In this document: one piece after another, positions 59,026 through 59,480 of the stretch
How the letters are laid out: each line of letters opens with the position of its first letter
How positions within the stretch are numbered: position 1 is the stretch's first letter
The notes under the pieces: generated by a model
Told to the model about the DNA's origin: nothing
The model's input: the letters and a program-made list of their open reading frames with translations, nothing else
The model's database searches: none
Origin: Klebsormidium nitens
Lineage: Eukaryota > Plantae > Klebsormidiophyceae
NCBI GenBank assembly: GCA_000708835.1
Contig: DF237318.1
Span: 33,556-93,035 of the forward strand
Direction: 5' to 3'
Length of the DNA: 59,480 bases
Translations under genes and position numbers: made by a program

Positions 59026-59480
59026 TGCTGAGATCCTCAATTGTCTTGAAACGATTGCATGAAGCAGCCGCAGCAATTTTGACCCTATACATACAACGGC
59101 AACCAAGCGTCCCTGTCTGCGCCTCCAGAAAATCTCATGTGGCTTTGGCGAAGCTTTGGCGATTGCTAGCTGCGGCGCTCATCTACCTTTGCTCAGCCTA
59201 GCACTTTAAGTTTAATGGAAGCCTCATGACGGAGAAGGGAAGAACTTGGCCGGGTAAAGGGGGGTAAACCGCGTTGCCGCCATCTGCGGCTGCGAACTTT
59301 GACTCAGAAGTTTGAGATTGGAGTCAGGACTGGACCCATGAAAGCAGCTACTGAGAAAGCAGCTTCGCGCGCGCGTCTTCGCGCGCGGCATAAACAATGA
59401 TTGATACATCTAGATCGGATGCAAATTGATGTCAGATGTCTTTGACGAACTACCAACTTTCCTCAAGCTGTCCACGTGGA

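Noticed and set aside
1-59480. tRNA, rRNA or snRNA genes
   Set aside because: No convincing cloverleaf, T-loop context or rRNA-conserved block was seen by eye. A tRNAscan-SE/Infernal run would be needed to exclude them.

Overview
Eukaryotic, intron-rich nuclear DNA from a green-plant lineage. Plant-type gene families, GC-rich internal exons and ~45-50% GC introns suggest a streptophyte alga such as Klebsormidium, but this is inference only. I could splice nine genes by hand with consistent reading phases: plastid thioredoxin f (-), an intronless MBOAT wax/sterol acyltransferase (+), a GT47 exostosin-like glycosyltransferase (-), an unassigned DxD-type glycosyltransferase-like protein (+), a NIGT1/HRS1/HHO GARP transcription factor (-), an uncharacterised Cys-rich protein (-), LdpA (-), a DUF538 protein with a GC-AG intron (+) and the 15-exon mitochondrial 2-oxoglutarate dehydrogenase E1 (-). 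Non-coding features include a TA-flanked 331-bp MITE with a truncated sibling and a 28-bp intronic minisatellite made of branch-point-like units. The most striking pattern is that about 16 exon-intron junctions in 5 genes are tandemly re-copied into the neighbouring intron. Each unit is a splice site plus ~20-70 nt of exon plus intron flank. Hand-counted periods run 65-195 bp and cluster at ~135-160 bp. Most copies keep their GT/AG, and in many arrays they decay with distance from the functional exon. All coordinates and periods were counted by hand, and no database search was run.
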